This document shows, piece after piece, positions 1-13,545 of a stretch of DNA of 64,000 nucleotides. The number at the start of each line of letters is the position of its first letter. Position 1 is the first letter of the stretch. The position numbers and the translations under genes are program-made. The notes beneath the pieces are model-generated. The model searched no databases. It saw only the letters and a program-made list of their open reading frames with translations, and was not told the origin of the DNA. Origin of the DNA: Chiloscyllium plagiosum (taxonomy: Eukaryota). The DNA is taken from the NCBI RefSeq assembly GCF_004010195.1, contig NC_057719.1, forward strand, positions 38,105,722-38,169,721, given 5' to 3'.

Positions 1-935
1 TAACTGGTCTATAATTCACTGGCTTTTCCTTACCACCTTTCTTAAATGTTAGCCAACCTCCAGTCTTCTGGCACCTCGCCTGTGGCTGTTGATACAATAT
101 CCCAGCAAGGGGTCCAATAATCACTTCCCTAGCTTCCTACAGCATTCTAGGATATACCTGATCCGGTCCTGGGGATTTATCAACCTTTTATGCAGTACCA
201 TCTCTTCTGTAATTTGGGCATTTTTGGGTCGTTATCTTTTTTTTTCCACATTCTCTATTTTCCATATGCTTTTGCACAGTAAACACTGATACAAAATACT
301 TAGTTAGCATCTTCCCCCATCTCCTGTGGTTCCACAGATAGGTGGCCTTGCTGATCTTTAAGAGGACCTATTCTCTCCCCAGTTATCCTTTGTCCTTTAT
401 ATATTTGTAAAAACCCTTTGGATTCTCCTTAACCCTATTTGCCAAAGCTATCTCACATCCCCTTTTTTGCCCTCCTGATTTCCCTCTTATGCACACTCCT
501 GCCACCTTTTCACTTTTCGATGGAATCACTGATTTCTGCTGTCTTTAACATGGGATTCCTTCTTATTCTTGACCAAAACCTCAATTTCCCTAGTCATCCA
601 GCATTCCCTTCACCCTAGAGGAACATACTGTCTCTTGACTGTCGTTGCCTTTTTTTTTAAGGCTTTTCATTTTCCAGCTGTCCCCAGTCAACTTTTGAAA
701 GTTCTTTGTCTAATACTATCACAATTAGCCTTCCTCCAATTTGGAACTTTAACTTTTAGATCCAGTCTATCCTTTTTCATCACAATTATTAAAACTAATA
801 GAATTATGGTCACTGGCCCCAATTTGCTCCCATATTGATACCTCAGTCACCTGCCTGCCATATTTCCCAACATTGGGTCCAGTTTTGCACCTTCTCTAAA
901 GGTACATCCATGTATTGAATCAGAAAACCTTTTAG
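1..935 (-). mobile_element. CR1/HER1-type LINE ORF2 fragment (decayed)
   Basis: Reverse strand reads ...PVNYRPV at the window start and is collinear with the CR1 copies at 9.7-10.5 kb and 40.4-41.1 kb. Confidence 0.8.
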
Positions 936-944
936 TGCACCTAA

Positions 945-1940
945 CAAAAGAGCTAAGAGCAAAAGTAAGCTATCTCGCTCTTCGAGCCCACTCTGCTATT
1001 CAGTATGATCATGGCTGACCTTTCCTTGCCTCACTCCACTTACCTGCCCTTTCACCATAACCTTAATTCCTTTTCTATTCAAAAAAGTATCACTCTTAGC
1101 TTTAAACACATTTACTGAGGAAGCCTCAACTCCTTCATTGGGCAGGGGATGCACAGATTCTCAACCCTTTGAGTGAAGAAGTTCCTTCTCAATCCGGTCT
1201 TAAATCTGCTCCCCTAATTTTGAGGCTATGTCCTCTTGTTCTAGTTTCACCTGGCAGTGGAAGCTTCCACTCTCCTTGTATGTTATCTATTACCTTCATA
1301 ATTTTATCTTGATATAAGATAGCCCTTCATTTTTCTAAATTCTAATGAATATAATCCCAGTCTACTCAGTCTTTCCTCGTAAGCCAATCCTCTCAACTCT
1401 GGAATCAATCTAGTGAATCTCCTCGGCACCCCCTCTAGTGCCAGTATATTTCTTTTCAAGTAAGGAGGCTAAAACTGCGTGCACTACTCCAGGTGTGGCC
1501 TCACCAGCACCCTGTAGAGCTGCAACATAACCTCCCCTGCTTTTAAACTCAGTCCCTTTAGCAATGACGGGCAATATTCCATTTGCCTTTTTAATTACCT
1601 GTTGTACCTGCAGATGGAACTTCTGCTATTCATGCACAAGGGCACCCAGGTCCCTCTGCACAGCAGCATGCTGTAATTTTTTACCATTCAAACAATAGAC
1701 CTTTTTACTGTTATTCCTACGAAATAGATGACTTCATATTTATAAATATTGTACTCCATCTGCCAGACCTTTGGCCACTCACTTAAAGTAACTATGTCCC
1801 TCTGCAAAGTTTCACAGTCCTCTGCATGATATGTACATGTCATCCGCAAACTTTGACCCACTAGACTAGTGGTCCCCCAACTCCAAATCATCTATATGTA
1901 AATTGTGAATAATTGCAGTCCCAACACTGATCCCTGATGA
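945..1940 (-). mobile_element. CR1-type LINE 3' portion
   Basis: ORF 1688..1891 contains LQRDIVTLSEWPKVWQMEYNIYKYEVIYF (CR1 RT C-terminus); CR1-type 3' UTR near 950-1020. Confidence 0.8.
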
Positions 1941-3793
1941 ACTTATCTTAATTTTGCTTTGGTTGATAGGGTTTTCCATTAATGTTTTTTTATCTGCACT
2001 AAAAGATTTACTGCCTTCAGGTGCTGTTTATGAATTTATGCTTTTGGTACGGACCTTCCCAGAGATTGGACACTATTTTGAAAGTATTTCACCTGGCTAA
2101 TTTGAGTATCGTTTGTTATTATCCTGCTGGGAAATGATGTGTCAAAGGTGAATTTAATTATCTAAAAGCGATGTCAAGAGAAAATGGTTGAAGTGCTCTT
2201 GAGGCATAGTTCGAAAGAGTGACTCGTTTTGTATAGGTGTGGGTTTTCACAGTTGATGGTACCATCTAAATCTCGAAAGAAGTAGAAAAACTTTACGTCA
2301 CACAGGGACTTGGTCAGCTGTTTTTTTTGTGTGAAGCAAGTATAGTGCTTATATATTGATTGGACTGGTAAGCCATGAGACCATGACTGCTGTAGAGATT
2401 CTCAAATAGCAGTTTGAAAATTAGTATGCTGTTTTTTTTTCAATACCTGGAATTAAAATGCTGGAAGCTGTGAAAATGGCATTGAGGTACTGAACTGTTG
2501 GAAAAATATAGCTGATTAACCAATATGTTTGGGAAAGAAAATCTGTCGTCCTTTCCTGTTATGGTGTACACGACTCCAATACCACACTTGAAAAACGAAC
2601 TCTGAAGTGACCTAGCAAGTGACAGTATACTTAAGCTGCTTGGAGAACCAGAACGGCAAACTAATATCAGCCTCGCAAATGAGCCTTGACCCTTGTTAAA
2701 AATGAGTTCCAAATTTCCATGTATGGCTGAGGAACATTAGCTGAGGGTTTTTTCCTCTTGACCGTTCTGATATTGTATGAAATGCTTTCACATCTGTTAA
2801 GGTGAAGATTATTTTCTTAAACTATGGTATGTTTATGTACTTCTGTTGGATGGACTTTATTTCACTACTTCTGGGCATTTTTGAGGTCATTCTGCCAAAA
2901 GTCCTTCAATAGTGGAAAGGAAATCTAGGAGACTTTCTTCTGGTTTATAGCAAATAATGCTCACCAGAAGCTTGCCCAGTCCCATCACATTTGGGTTTGC
3001 TACTTTTAAATCTGCTTATTCCATTCGCAAATGATCCTGAAACGTATTGAACTTTCTATAGCATGTGATTTCCAAATTTCACATTGCTTCTGTTATCTGC
3101 TGCAAACATGTTTCAAGTCATCTTGGCTTAACTTTTCACTAGCCTGAAGTATGAGCAGAAAACATTTAAAGTCCTAGAAGTGGACAATGTCTCCAGAGTG
3201 AATGAGCAGTAAACTGTCAGGGATTCCAGAAATTATTCTGCAGTCCAAGCACTTTTGTTTGTTAATTCATGAAATGTAAACAACATTGTCTGTCTGGTTC
3301 AGAATTTACTACCCATCCTAGTAATTGCCCTGGTGAATGTGTAGTGAGTTGCCTTCTAAAACTGTTGCGGTTCTTTTTGGTTTAGGTACATCCATAATGC
3401 TGTTAGGGATTCCATGCTCAACAATTTTGAAGGAATGATTTCCAAGTTAGGCTGGTGAGTGGCTTGAGGTTATGGTGCTCCAATGTGTGTTGTCCTGTTC
3501 ATCAAGATGTTAGTGAGTTTAGGTTTGGCAGATACTGTCTCAGAAGCCTTGATGAATTTCTACAGTGCATCTTGTACTACTGAGCATCAGTAGTGCTGGA
3601 ATGTTTGATTAGTATCACATTCACAAACAAACAGTATTGTTCTGGGTGGTGTCAGGTTTCTTGTTGTGTTTCTATCCATACAGATGTGGAATATTTCTGA
3701 CCCCTCATGATTGGTGCCTTGTAGATGGAGGGCTGGCTTTGGCAAATCAGGAATTCACATGCTCTGTTTTGAATTTTATCCTATGGTTTTTTA

Positions 3794-3889
3794 AAAAAAA
3801 CAAATTGCTGGGAAAGCACAACAGGCCTGGTAGCATCTGTGGAGAGAAAGCGGAGTTAATGTTTCTGGTTGAGTGACCCTTCCCAAAAC
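3794..3889 (-). mobile_element. Old PLE 3' tail fragment with degenerate hammerhead
   Basis: Reverse complement gttttgggaagggtcactcaaccagaaacattaactc...ctctccacagatgct matches the tail family at 33.8 kb and 35.7 kb. Confidence 0.55.
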
Positions 3890-5053
3890 CCTCCTGAGCC
3901 TATGACTTCCTCTTGTAGCCATAGTTTTAAAGAGCCAGTCTTTCTTTCAATGGCAATCTGTAGGATGGTGTTAAGGTGCCAATCTGTGATAGTACTATGA
4001 CTAAATGTCAAGTGGCAGTAGTTAGATGCTATCTTGGCAATGGTCACTGCCTGGCACTCGTCTGGCAACAAGTCAGCCCAAGTATATTGTCCAAATCTTG
4101 TTCCATTTGGACATTTGAATGTATCATTTTCTGAGGAGGTCTGAATAGACCTGAACACTACAGTCATCAGCAAACATCTCCACATGAGATGAAGCAGCTG
4201 AAGATGGTTGCAGAGATCTTCTGAAACTGAGATCACTGACCTCCAGCAATCACTGTCATCTTTTATTTGTGCTGGTATAACCCCCAACCCTAATTCCTAT
4301 TTACTCCAGTTTTCCCTGGGGCTTCTTGATGGGGTACTTGGTCTGTTGCAGCCTTGATATCAAGGCCAGTGACTTTTGCCTCACTCTGGAATTCTGTTCT
4401 TTTGTCCATGTTTGAACCAAGGCTGCAATTGGGCCAGGAGCTGAATGGCATTGACAGAACATAAACTGTATGCCAGTGAGCAGATTATTGCTGAACAAGT
4501 GCTGCTTCATACCATTTGAGGACAACATTTTCCATCACAACATACAGACTAGCCAAAGAAATCCACCAAAAACTAATTCACCTAATCGAAGATTCATGCC
4601 ACTCCATTCATTCCACCCATCAAATCACCAAAAAGTGGATGAAATGATGGTCTCCTTTGACGTTACAGCCCTTTTTCACATCAATCCTCATCAACCTGGC
4701 CAAAGAAACACTGGCATCACTACTACGACAACCAGGAGCACAAACACCAGACAGCACCAACTTGGTCAGCAAAGACAATATCCTCAAAATAGTGGGCCTG
4801 TGCCTCACCACCCACTTCACATTCAATAACAAAACCTACAAACAAATCAACAGAACACCTATGGGATCACCAATATCAGGGCTCATAGCGGAAGCAGTAA
4901 TGCAGAGACTTGAACAAGCTGCCTTCCCATCTAGCCAACCTAAACTTTGGGTCTGCTATGTAGATGACACCTTTTCGTAGCAAAATGGAACAAATCAGAG
5001 AAAGCATACTACACCAATTTCCTGACGGCGTAAAATTCACAAGAGAAGGAGAA

Positions 5054-5365
5054 GCACGGTGGCACAGTGGTTTACACTGCTGACTCACAGTGCCAGAGAC
5101 CCGGGTTCAATTCCTGCCTCAGGCAACTGTCTGTGTGGAGTTTGCACATTCTCCCAGTGTCGGCGTGGGTTTCCTCCGGGTGCTCCAGCTTCCTCCCTCA
5201 GTCGAAAGATGTGCAGGTTAGGTGAATTGACCATGCTAAATTGCCCATAGTGTTAAGTGAAGGGTTGAATGTAGGGGAATGGGTCTGGGTGGGTTGCTCT
5301 TCTGAGGGTCGGTGTGGACTTGATGGGCCGAAGGGCCTGTTTCAACACTATAAGTAATCTAATCT
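5054..5365 (+). mobile_element. HE1-type tRNA-derived V-SINE nested in the PLE RT
   Basis: A box TGGCACAGTGG, B box GGTTCAATTCC, V-domain tgtgtggagtttgcacattctccc, (TAATC)n tail; splits KFTREG/NNRLPFLDV. Confidence 0.92.
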
Positions 5366-6104
5366 TTAAAAAAAACAACAGACTCCCATTCTTAGACGTG
5401 ACAGTTGAACATAGTTAATGGAGAGCTTCAAACCAGCATCTACAGAAAAACGACAAACACCGACCAAATGCTTAACTTCAGAAGTAATCATCCCAACACC
5501 CACAAACTGAACTGCATCAAGACATTATTTCAACAAGCTACATTTCATTGCAGCACCCAAGAACTATAAAAAGCAGAAGAAAAATATCGATACAATATTT
5601 TCAAGGAAAACAGGTACCCAATAAACAACCTGCCGATTCCTCAGAAACAAACCTATACAAGCAGCCAAAAACTATAGCCACATTACCTTACATCAAAGAC
5701 ATATTAGCAATGACTTCCAGACTACGCAGACCCCTTGGCAAAACTAACGTTATTTATAGAGTATTATGCACGAATTGTTTTTTAAAAAAAATCTGATGAA
5801 CTAGCAGGAAACTTGAAACTGGGATACATGAACATTAACTGCTCACCAAAAGACACGACCCACTCATTAGTTTCAAACATCGAGACAATGAAGGATATCA
5901 CTTTTGACTGGGACAACACACATTTCCTAGGACAGATGAGACAAAGATGCACATGAGAATTCTTTAGATGCATGGCATTCTCCATCAATAAACACATTGA
6001 TTTAGATTCTATCTGCCTTTCCCTGGGGGGAAAAAGCACTGGAAATAACATCTTAAGAAATAAAGACCCATAAATAGAGAGGTGGGACATTTCACCAGAG
6101 ACAC

Positions 6105-6144
6105 TCGCTGATGATGTTACTTAATATAGTGACGAAATGTCTGA
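6105..6144 (+). ncRNA. Minimal type I hammerhead ribozyme motif in PLE tail
   Basis: TCG-CTGATGA-T-GTTACT(taatat)AGTGAC-GAAA-TGTC-TGA; 6-bp stem II, 3-bp stem I, C>T change in the ACGT stem III palindrome. Confidence 0.75.
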
Positions 6145-6444
6145 AAACAAAACCTTCAAGCTCAGTGAGCTAACTTACAGACATCAACCTGAGCTATAAA
6201 CTTTCCTTAAAAAAAAATGCTAATTGGCCAGATTATACTTGTGTATATCTGATATCTGGATAATTTCTCAAGTTGTTAGAACAGCTTGGCTAGGGGTATG
6301 GCAGTTCTGGAGCACACTTCTTTAGTACGGTTGCTGGAATATTGTCAGAGCCAATGGCCTTTGCCATCCATTGCATTCAGCCATTTCTTGATATTTTATG
6401 CAGTGAACCAAATTGGCTGAAGATTGACATCTGAAGGAGGATTT

Positions 6445-6738
6445 TTAAAAATTGTTCAGAGTGGATGCTGCTGGCTTAGCCAGTATTTATTGCTCATCCC
6501 TAAATGCCTAGGGAGTAGTTTGAGTTGACCATACCTCTGTAGATATGGAATTCAATGTAGGCCAGACCAGGTAAAGATGGCAGATTTTCTTCTTTTAAGG
6601 ATGCCAGTGAGCCACGTGGGTTTTTAATGCCAATTGACAGTGGTTACATGTCACCATAGGGGTAGGTTTTTAAAAATTTGATTTGATTCAAATTTCACCA
6701 TCTGCTACAGTATAATTTGAGCCTATGTCCCCAGAACA
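6445..6738 (-). mobile_element. SINE family B (shares ends with LINE family B)
   Basis: Collinear with copies at 10835-11056 and 55525-55921 (gtaggccagaccaggtaaagatggcag, attcaaatttcaccatctgc). Confidence 0.7.
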
Positions 6739-8419
6739 TGTATCAGCATGCTTGAGTCAAGCTCTCAGCTCTGTTTCATCATGGCCAGCATGATGGCAGG
6801 GTAAATACTTTTAGATCATCTTCTAAGCCTTCCTGAGAGAGTGCAATATTGCTATCTACTTCTGCACACCTCCAGATCAAGATTGTCTAAGCTGGACAAG
6901 AGGCATTCGTGAAAATGTCAACCATTTTCAGCCTGTCTGACAGAGTCAATTGAAGGTCAAGTACAAACTAAGGAGCATGAAAAACCACCAATCTCATTAA
7001 GAACTGCGTCTCCTCTATGTCAGGGTATGAAGCTTCAGCAGTTTACATGACTCAAGCTCAACAATAGAAGAAAGTCCTCCTCAGTTTTGACAGTTTGCCT
7101 AAGAACAAAAGACTAAGTGCCTTTGTGTCATTGATCACTTCTGGTACCCTCAATCCCTGAATAACCCTGTGCGTCTAAATGCTTTGGAAGCTGTTTATTA
7201 ATGTCCGGAACTAAGAACTGTTGAGATCTTTGTGCACATTGGGAAGATTTGGATCTTTTTGTATTCTTTGAAATTCAGAGGAAAGTTATAGACCTGACTA
7301 TCTCTCCACACTGCTACATGATCTGAGTATTTCCAGGATTTTCTGCTTTTATAACTGTTTAGCTGGATAGGCCATCTAAAAATAGAATTATATCAAATCT
7401 TTTATTTCTGTGAACTGAGTTTAATTCTAGACTGAGGCCCTTAATCAACACATTGAAAACAATAGTGATTGAATGCGAATTTGGGCCTTCCAAATGAATT
7501 ATATTTGCATTCATGGAAAGTGGCATTCATTTGGCAAGACTGGGGTGTGAGAAGTGTAAGTACAATGCTAAGGAAGGATGAGTTTCAAATAATCGAATAA
7601 TAACGAAAATTTAGTTTCTGAATTTATCTCCTTTCTGAAAGCCCTATTGATTAACTATGTTTTGTGCCCCTAAATGTCAATGCAGCAGTGTCACCACAAG
7701 AGCTGGTGCAGTTTAGCCAATCCTACCTATATATTTATACAATTGTATGTGAGGGCAGGTTGGGCTTTTTACTTTTGTGTTCTCTGCATTGTTTTGAGTT
7801 GTATTGTTTTTTTTTGTATTAAAAAAAAAATTTCAATAAAATATAGTTTAAAAAACTGTTAACAAAAAATTAGCATAGCTGAAAAATCTTAAATGCTCTG
7901 AAGAGATGACTAAAATAGTGGAGAGTTCAGTGTTTCTAGATATTATGTGAACGTCCAGAACAGACTCTTAGTTGAAGCCAATGAAAGCGAACCCAAATTC
8001 TTGTTTCGGAAATTGGCCATGCAGCAGAACATCAGGATGGTCGTTAAGCACTAATTGACAGGATGAGATTAGTGATACATGTAAGCATTTCCCTCTGTCA
8101 TCTTTGTCTTCGTCTTCTGGATTTCTGCTTCACAGGTTACTGATCAGGGGTGATCAGAGACCTTTCTTCATAAATTTTTACCTCCAGTTGTTCTTCGATC
8201 TTTTTTCCACGTGACTAAACAGTCCATTTTTTGACCTACAGATCTTTGGAAGATGGGAGAGGATGTCCCACTAAGTATTGTGATCTGGCATACAATGTTT
8301 GCTTTTTTTTCTACTGCTGTGCCTCATTAAGATGTGATTCAATGCATTACACAACTTCATGAATAAAGTGTTGCTTTGATGTCTGAACAACTGACATAAA
8401 GTTTCTCCCAGTCAGTAAT

Positions 8420-10545
8420 AGAATAAAGAACTTTATAATGCAATACAGGCCCTTTGGTCTTCGATGTTGTGCCGACCGATGGAACCAATCTGAAGCCCTA
8501 CACTATCCTATTCTATCCAATCGATCCAATCTATTTAATTTTCATCCATATGTCGATCCAGTGACCATTTAAATGCCCTTAAAGTTGGCATATCTACTAC
8601 TGTTGCAGGCAATACGTTCCACACCCCTACTGCTCTGAGTAAAGAAACTACCTCTGACATCTGTCCTATATCATCACCCCTCAATTTAAAGCTATGTCCC
8701 ATTGTGCTAGCCATCGCCATCTGAGGAAAAAGACTCTCACTGTCCACCCAATCAAACCCTCTGATTATCTTGTATGTCTTAATTAAGTCATCTCTCAACC
8801 TAGTCTCTAACGAAAACAGCCTCGAGTCCCTCATAAGACCGCCTCTCCATACCAGGCAACATCCGAGTAAATCTTCTCTGAACCCTCTCCGAAGCTTCCA
8901 CATCCTTCCTATAATGTGGTGACCAGAACTGTACGCAATACTCCAAATGTGGCTGCACCAGAGTTTTGTACAGCTACAACATGACCTCATGGCACCAAAA
9001 CTCAATTTTTCTACCAATAAAAGCTAACACACCATATGCTTTCTTAAAGCCCTATCAACCTGGGTGGCATTTTTTAGGGATCTACGTACATGGACACAGA
9101 GATCTCTCTGCTCATCTCCACTACCAAGAATATTGGCATCAACCCAGTATTCTTTATTCCTGTTACTCCTTCCAAAATGAATCATCTCTGTTTTCTGCAT
9201 TAAACTTCATTTGCCACCTCTCAGCCTAGCTCTGCAGCTTATCTATGGGCCTCTGCAACATCCTTAGTCACTATCCACAACTCTCCCGGCCTTGGTGTAA
9301 TTTGCAAACTTACTAACCCATCCTTCTACACCCTCATCCAGGTCATTTATAAAAATGGCAACCAGTTTTGGCCCCAAAACGCATCCTTGTGGTACACCAT
9401 TAGTAACTGAACTCCAGGATGAACATTTCCTATCAACCACCCCACCCTCTATTTTCTTCCAGCCAGCCAACTTCTGATCCAAACTGCTAAATCACCCTCA
9501 ATCCCATGCCTCTGCATTTTTTGCAATAGGCTATCGTGGGGAGCCTTACCAAACGCTTTAGTGGAATCCATATACACCACATCAACTGCTTTACCCTCCT
9601 CTACCTGTTTGGTCACCTTCTCAAAGAACTCTGAGGTTTGTGAGGCACGACCTACCCTTCACAAAACAGTGTTGACTATCCCAAAGCAACTTATTCCTCT
9701 CTCTAGATGATTATAAATTCTATCTCTTATAACCTTTTCCAGCACTTTGCCTAGAACCGAAGTAAGGCTCACTGGTCTGTAATTTCCAGGGTTGTCTCTA
9801 CTCTCCTTGAACAAGGGAAGAACATTTGCTATCCTCCAGTCTTCTGGCACTATTCCTGTAGACAATGACAACATAAAGATCAAAGTCAAAGGCTCTGCAA
9901 TCTCCTTCCTGGCTTCCCAGAGAATCATAGGATGAATCTTAGGATAAATCCCAACTGGACCCGGGGACTTGGCAATTTTGGAAAATGTGAAGATAGAGAA
10001 CACCACCACCATGTGAATGTCAAACCCATCTTGTCTAGTAGCCTGTTTCTCAGTAATCTCCTCAACAACATTGTCTTTTTCCAGTGTGAATACTGATGAA
10101 AAATAATTGTTTAGTGCTTCTCCATCTCCTGAGACCCCATGCACAACTTCCCAACACTATCCTTGATAGAACCTAATTTTTGTCTCGTCGTTCTTTTATT
10201 CCTGACATACCTATATAAAGCTTTAGGGTTTTCCTTGATCCGACATGCCAACGACTTCTCATGTCCCCTCCTGGCTCTTGGCTCTCTGTTTCAGTCTTTC
10301 CTGGTAATTTGTAACTCTCAAGTGCCCTTAACTGAGCCTTCATGTCTCATCCTAACATAAGCTGTCTTCTTCCTCTTGACAAGAGATTCAACTTCTGTAA
10401 ACAATGGCTCCCTCTCTCAAATACTTCCTCCTTGCCTGACCCATGCATGTCAAGGAACACAGCTGTTCCTTGAATAAGCTCCAGATTTCAATTGTGCCCA
10501 TTCCCTGCAATTTCCTTCCCCATCCTATGCATTCGAACACTCCCC
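8420..10545 (-). mobile_element. CR1/HER1 LINE, ORF2 RT region plus 3' end
   Basis: KSPGPVGIYPK, VPEDWRIANVLPLFK, NPGNYRPVSLTSV, GVPQGCVLGP, SKFANYTK in the ORF track; frameshifted. Confidence 0.92.
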
Positions 10546-10632
10546 TTCAAATGACAGTAGTGTCAATATTGTCATTTGAAGAGCTTGAATATTTTTTAAA
10601 AATCCATTTTCTTTGCCCTTCCCTGGATTATG

Positions 10633-10706
10633 AGGAGAAAGTGAGGTCTGCAGATGCTGGAGATCAGAGCTGAAAATGTGCTTTTCCAGCAACACATTTT
10701 CAGCTT
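10633..10706. mobile_element. 74-bp fold-back PLE tail insertion with 15-bp TSD
   Basis: cttccctggattatg at 10618-10632 and 10707-10721; minus-strand tail followed by an inverted copy. Confidence 0.85.
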
Positions 10707-10834
10707 CTTCCCTGGATTATGCCTATTTTGAGAGTTGAGAAAACAGGACCTGACGACCATTACAGTATCTTGCCATCTGGACACCTTATGAAGTCCAGTG
10801 AAATTGTATTTGCTGTGTCTCTTTTTTTTTCCAG

Positions 10835-11056
10835 TCATTCAATGAGGGCATTGCTGGCTAAGTCAGCATTTACTGCCCATCCCTAATTGTCCAGAGTGCA
10901 GTTAAGAGTCAACTACGTTGCGGTGGTTCTGGAGGCCAGACCAGGTAAAGATGTCCGTTTTCTTGCCTGAAGCACAGTAGTGAACTAGATAGGTTTTTCT
11001 GACAATAAAAGGATTCACAGTTATCGTTAATTCCTTATTCTTTTTTTGAATTCAAA
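10835..11056 (-). mobile_element. SINE family B
   Basis: cagcatttactgcccatccctaattg...gttaagagtcaac...ggccagaccaggtaaagatg; matches the other family B copies. Confidence 0.7.
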
Positions 11057-11148
11057 TGAATTAATATTTACCTGAATACTTGTGGAGTTGCCTTTAAGAA
11101 GGACACTGTTTGATTGTCCTCCAGTTGAATGCAGGTGACATGCTAGTT

Positions 11149-11304
11149 CAGGTACACAATCCTTTATCCGAAATGCGTGGGACCAGCTGGTTTCGGAATT
11201 TGGAATTTTTGAATTTCAGAATAAGTGAGAGTTCAATGGTGAAAGTTTGAAAAAAAAACTTAGCGGACAGCAGACTCAGTGTTATAACAGAATTGAGGCC
11301 CCCC
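11149..11304. mobile_element. Tigger/pogo-like (MER46-like) DNA transposon terminus
   Basis: caggtacacaatcctttatccgaaatgcgtgggaccag...tttcggaatttggaattttt resembles the Tigger4/MER46 TIR; no partner TIR seen. Confidence 0.55.
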
Positions 11305-11880
11305 GTGGTGATGCATTTTGGGTGTCCAAATGCATGAGGAAAAAATACAGTAAATGGTTGGACCCTTAGGAGCATTGATGTATGGACGGATCTTGGTGTG
11401 CAAGTCCATAGCTCCCTGAAAGGAGCAACACAAATGAATAAGATAGTAATGAAGGTGTATAACTTGCTTGCCTTCATTGGTTGAGGCACTGAGTGTAAAA
11501 GTTGGCAAGTTACGCTGTAGTTGTATTAATCGAGGCTACATCTGTGTACAGTTCTAGTTGCCAAACTCAGAAGGTTTTGGAAATAGTGCAAAAGAGATTT
11601 ACCAGGAACTTGCCTGAATTGGAGTATATTTGCTGAGTAGAAGATTTTGCTAGTGTGTTGGAGGCTGGAGTGAATAGTTTGAATCTGTTTTCCAGAGTGG
11701 AAATGTCAAATACTAGGAGATAAATTTTAAGAGATGTACAAGGAATTTTTTAAATCCCACAGTTGGAAAGTGTCTGTAATGTGCTACCAGGGGAGATGGA
11801 AGAAGTAGAGACGATAGCAGTTTTTAAGAAGCACTTGTATGAAAAGGCAGGGAATAGGGGGATACAGACCATGTGCAGGC
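11305..11880 (+). mobile_element. CR1/HER1 3' fragment (decayed)
   Basis: Collinear with the young copy at 17999-18705. Confidence 0.75.
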
Positions 11881-11889
11881 AAATTCTCC

Positions 11890-12535
11890 TAACCATCCTG
11901 TCATTCACTGCATACTTTCCTCTTGAATTTGACCCCTCAAAATCCATCACCTCTCACTTGTCTGGATTAACTTCCATTTGCCATTTCCTTTCTACTCCAC
12001 TTTCCAACTTGTCTGTCTGCTCCTGTATCCTTTTGATAACCTTCCTCACTATCCATAACTACTCCAATTTTTGTATTGTCTGATGATCAGACCACCTACA
12101 TTTTCATCCACATCATTTAGTATGTAAAGAGTTCCCTACAGTGATCCTTGTGGAACATCACTGGCTACTGACCTTAAGACAGAAGAGCAACTGCAGTCTC
12201 CTATGACCAAACCAATATTGTATCCAACTTGCCAACTCGTCATGGATGCCATGTGACCTGATCTCCTGGACTGGTCTACCATGAGACCTTATCAATTTTT
12301 TTATTAAATTCTACATAGACAGTATCTAGTGCCCTACCCTCATCAATTACCTTTGTTACCTACTCAAAAAAACTCAATTAAGTTTGACACAAGATCTCCC
12401 CCATATAAAGCCACGCTGACTATCCCAAATATGTCTAATCTTCAATTTCTTGACAACTGATGTAAGGCTTACTAGTTTATAATTTCCTGGATTAGCCCTG
12501 TTGCCTTCCTTAAACAAAGGAACAACGTTTGCTCT
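11890..12535 (-). mobile_element. CR1/HER1 RT fragment (decayed)
   Basis: Collinear with the 9.2-9.8 kb copy, including an NPGNYKLVSLTSV remnant. Confidence 0.7.
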
Positions 12536-12805
12536 AGGTTAAGGTGAGCGAGAGAAAGTTGAAAGGCCATGTGCTAGGCAAATTTTTTTACATGGATGGT
12601 GGTGAGATGTCTGGAATGTACTGCCTGTGGAGTTGGTAGAAGCAGATATGATAACAATGCTTCAGAGCCACTGAGACACATGAACAGGCAGGGAATAGAG
12701 GGGTATGGACCATATGCAGTCAGAAGGGATTGCCATAAAATGGCATCCTATTTTGTACAGACATGGTGGGCTGAAGAGCAGGTGCCTGTGCTTTACTCTA
12801 TGATT
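12536..12805 (+). mobile_element. CR1 3' end fragment
   Basis: Ends ...gggctgaagagcaggtgcctgtgctttactctatgattc, a CR1-type tail. Confidence 0.65.
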
Positions 12806-13144
12806 CATGCTAAATTCCATTTGTTCTCAGGATGTTGTTTCTCAAGAATAACTTAGAATGTTGGAAAATTTTCAACTGCTCGACCCTAAATCCACAGTGG
12901 TAACTGATGTTCTCGATGCTATCTCCTCATACACTGTGGTGGAATCTGTGGGTAAACCTTCATCAATAGACCAGTTGCAATGAGCAATCACAGGATGAAA
13001 GATTTCTTCTCTGGTTTTTCGAATGTGGTGAGGTTTTGCTTCTATCAAGGCCCCTTAGATAAACTGGTTTGGCATCGCCTTAAACTTACCTCCACTAAGC
13101 TGTGCCTGTTAACACAATTATCCAGTTTAATGTAGGATATTACA

Positions 13145-13545
13145 TAGGAACGCAAGTAGGCTATTCAGCCTTTTGAGTCTGTCCTGCCTTTTGATGAAAT
13201 CATGGCTGATTCTTGATTCCCTTGCTGACTAAAAATGTCTATCTTGACCTTGTGCATATTTATTCTGGCTGAACTCAGTTGCATTAAAATGAGCCTTGCC
13301 TAAATCTAGTATGTTCGCTATCCTTTCTAAATACCCAGGCTGAAATTTTCAAACACTTGATTTCATATTTGGTTATTGACAAACTGAAAGCCAACCTTTG
13401 ACCAAATACTGACATAGGTCAAACCTGTCCTTATGTGATGAGTCACTCATCTTAGGAATTGCCTAATGAAACTTCTCAAATACTTCTAATATATGTATGC
13501 CCTTCCTTAAGTGGGGTGACTAGAACTGTAAATAGTACTTCGTGC
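13145..13545 (-). mobile_element. Old CR1 3' fragments (patchy)
   Basis: cataggaacgcaagtaggctattcagcc...atcatggctgat matches the tail at 950-1020. Confidence 0.5.

Larger units (their letters stand above)
4539..6216 (+). mobile_element. Penelope-like retroelement (Poseidon-type), 5' truncated: RT, GIY-YIG remnant and tail
   Basis: MVSFDVTALF, TPMGSPISGLIAEAVMQRLE, WVCYVDDTF, NRLPFLDV, KTNVIYRVLCTNC, FDWDNTHFLG; hammerhead in the 3' tail. Confidence 0.9.
3255..6440 (-). mobile_element. Second CR1-like LINE family (family B), 3' part, interrupted by PLE insertions
   Basis: Homologous to + strand copies at 13.9-14.9 kb and 51-52.3 kb; ORF 4301..4528 HSAPGPIAALVQTWTKE is an RT remnant; sequence resumes at about 6217 after the PLE. 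Confidence 0.7.

Noticed and set aside
6750..7057. 10-bp inverted repeat gcttgagtca / tgactcaagc as possible TIRs
   Set aside because: Expected by chance at this length and distance; no TSD
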